In this document: piece by piece, positions 62,218 through 64,000 of the stretch | Layout: the number at the start of each line of letters is the position of its first letter | Numbering within the stretch: position 1 is the stretch's first letter | DNA from: a virus | Taxonomy: Duplodnaviria > Caudoviricetes | DNA: 64,000 bases | Virus record (IMG/VR): IMGVR_UViG_3300005670_000019 | Strand: one strand, 5' to 3' | Translations under genes and position numbers: made by a program | The notes under the pieces: generated by a model | Database searches by the model: none | Told to the model about the DNA's origin: nothing | The model's input: the letters and a program-made list of their open reading frames with translations, nothing else

Positions 62218-62612
62218 TTTACCTCTACCATAAAGTTTACACGGAAGTAAGCTCTTCGGGCAGCTACATATTGAGCAGTTGAAAGGACTTCGTAACTATC
62301 ATCGAGAGAACTTTCAATAAGTTCTAATGATATCTTACCACCATCAGAAAGCTCTTTGTATCTTTCTTCTAGTTCTTTCAAATATGCTTTTATCACATTT
62401 GTAGCGTTTTCAAGATTGTACTTCTTCATATAAGAAGCCATGTGACTTGAACTAAAAGTTATAATGGTTATGTAAGTGCCTGAGATCAAGGTTTCATCAA
62501 CCTGTTTCCAGATGACACTGTCTGTGGTTGCATTTCCTCTTACATTGGAAGAACCCCAAGAACGATCCATGGCTCTTGCTAACAAGTTGTATTTCTTTAA
62601 GTCTTTGATCAT
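62214..62612 (-). CDS. Hypothetical protein coupled to the terminase gene
   Basis: GTGA overlap with the terminase start. Confidence 0.6.
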   Translation of the reverse strand: MIKDLKKYNLLARAMDRSWGSSNVRGNATTDSVIWKQVDETLISGTYITIITFSSSHMASYMKKYNLENATNVIKAYLKELEERYKELSDGGKISLELIESSLDDSYEVLSTAQYVAARRAYFRVNFMVEVK

Positions 62613-63058
62613 TATTCAAACCTAGCAGTTGATAAATAGTTCACTTCAATATAATTGTTCGTTTTGAACGGAAACGCCTAGTTTTGAGATAATCATTCCA
62701 CTTAGGTGAAGCCTGAATTTTGAAAACTACAGTCTGTGGAAGTTGGGAGTGATCTTGTTCTAATTGGTTATGTTCCACTAAACGGTCTTGAAGTATTTGT
62801 GATCTATACTCTAGATCACAGAAGTAACAACATCCTAACTCTTTGAAAGATAAACTATCATCTTGTGTCTGCATAGGGAACTTGCAAAGAGGACAAAACA
62901 ATGGAACCGTGGATGCGTTGCTAGGCATTATCAGAAACACTGTACCATTTTCCATTTCCTTGAAACTATTCATTGGACCTAACTCCTATTTATTTTTGAC
63001 AGTGCCCTCAGACGGCTTTTGGTTGAATGTTGACACCTAACGAGGTATAGTATAGCAT

Positions 63059-63595
63059 ATGAATATATTCTTTGTAGATCCAAATCCAAAAGAAGCTGCT
63101 TGTGCTTTATCTGATCAACACGTCATCAAAATGACATTGGAAACAGCACAAATTCTATCAACAGCTTGTCATGAATTAGGTTTAGACAAGTTTGTAAACG
63201 GTAAGCTTTATAAGTCAACTCACAAAAATCATCCTTCATGTGTTTGGGCACGTAAAAGCTTTTCTCATTTCTATTGGTTGTTGAACCATGGAATTGCTCT
63301 CTCGACTGAATATTCAAGGCGTTATAACAAAGTTCACGCTTCTCAACAAGTGTTCTTTGATATTTTGCACGCCTTAAAAACAATTAAATCAAGCAACAAG
63401 TTTCCTAATCAAGGTTGGGAAGACCCGCCGCTTGCAATCAATGAAGCAATTAAACCAGTTGTTCTATCTGTAAAAGATGGTAAAGTTGATGTTGTTGAAA
63501 CATATCGAAACTATTATCGTACGTGCAAAATGAAGTTTGGCACTGTTCGTATTCGTGATGCTACTTGGAAAACAGAAAAGCCTTCATGGCTTTGA
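63059..63595 (+). CDS. Pyrimidine-dimer DNA glycosylase (DenV-like family)
   Basis: MNIFFVD, HVIKMTLETAQILST, YKSTHKNHPSCVWAR and YRNYY. Confidence 0.8.
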   Translation: MNIFFVDPNPKEAACALSDQHVIKMTLETAQILSTACHELGLDKFVNGKLYKSTHKNHPSCVWARKSFSHFYWLLNHGIALSTEYSRRYNKVHASQQVFFDILHALKTIKSSNKFPNQGWEDPPLAINEAIKPVVLSVKDGKVDVVETYRNYYRTCKMKFGTVRIRDATWKTEKPSWL

Positions 63596-63612
63596 AACAA
63601 AATTTGAATTAG

Positions 63613-63639
63613 AAAAAGCCGGGTCAAGCCCGGCTTTTT
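63613..63639. terminator. Bidirectional terminator
   Basis: AAAAAGCCGGG-TCAAG-CCCGGCTTTTT. Confidence 0.88.
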
Positions 63640-64000
63640 CATTTGTCTTTTTTTTGACTCAACTACGAGAACAATCAAGAGACTGCACGAAGTTTTCTAG
63701 TTTTGAATATGCAGTTGGATCCGTGTAAGTATCCCTCCACAACTCACCAACTTTTTTAGAGGTTTCTAAATCAAGAAACCCACTCAACTTCTTATAGAAG
63801 TAAGCAGCATCCTCGGGAGTTTCACCAACATATCCTAACATAGCAACTACCAAGAATTGTTTCTTGGTTCTGCTGAACTCAACGCCATACGGGATTTTGT
63901 TTAGTTTCTTATCGTTCTTTTCCATAATATCTTTCAGATCAAAGGGGTTTTCAGTTTTGCACTTTTGATTTATGTCCATCTCTAACAATTTCCACCAACT

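Noticed and set aside
1-64000. Stop-codon reassignment
   Set aside because: GroEL, terminase, ligases and portal are open in the standard code; the TAG at 44390 is better explained by a frameshift.
1-64000. CRISPR array
   Set aside because: No regularly spaced identical repeats; recurring TTCGAACC and TTTCAAG words are T-arms and promoters.

Overview
A 64 kb segment of a large, T4-like (jumbo) dsDNA phage genome. The N-terminal part of the portal gene is at the left edge and the large terminase is near the right edge, both on the minus strand. Between them are a GroEL chaperonin, many small accessory genes driven by a repeated sigma70-type promoter (TTGAAA-N17-TAnnnT, often leaderless) and a large translation-support region. 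That region holds a tmRNA (tag AENAYLPLAA), about 38 tRNA genes covering all 20 amino acids, several tRNA-shaped or otherwise structured ncRNA candidates, three RNA ligases, a 2H phosphoesterase, a SpoU methyltransferase and a RelA/SpoT-type HD hydrolase. Two systems look undescribed. (1) A 29-codon leader ORF (58586-58675, minus) uses 19 of 20 amino acids, with its first 26 codons all different, and is coupled to mutually exclusive antiterminator/terminator hairpins just before the first tRNA. It looks like an attenuator that senses depletion of almost any tRNA. (2) HNH endonuclease genes sit inside split or decayed tRNA genes and are fused to an intact tRNA of the same isotype (Leu, Thr, Gln). 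All calls come from reading motifs and folding by eye; no database search was run, so novelty is unverified.
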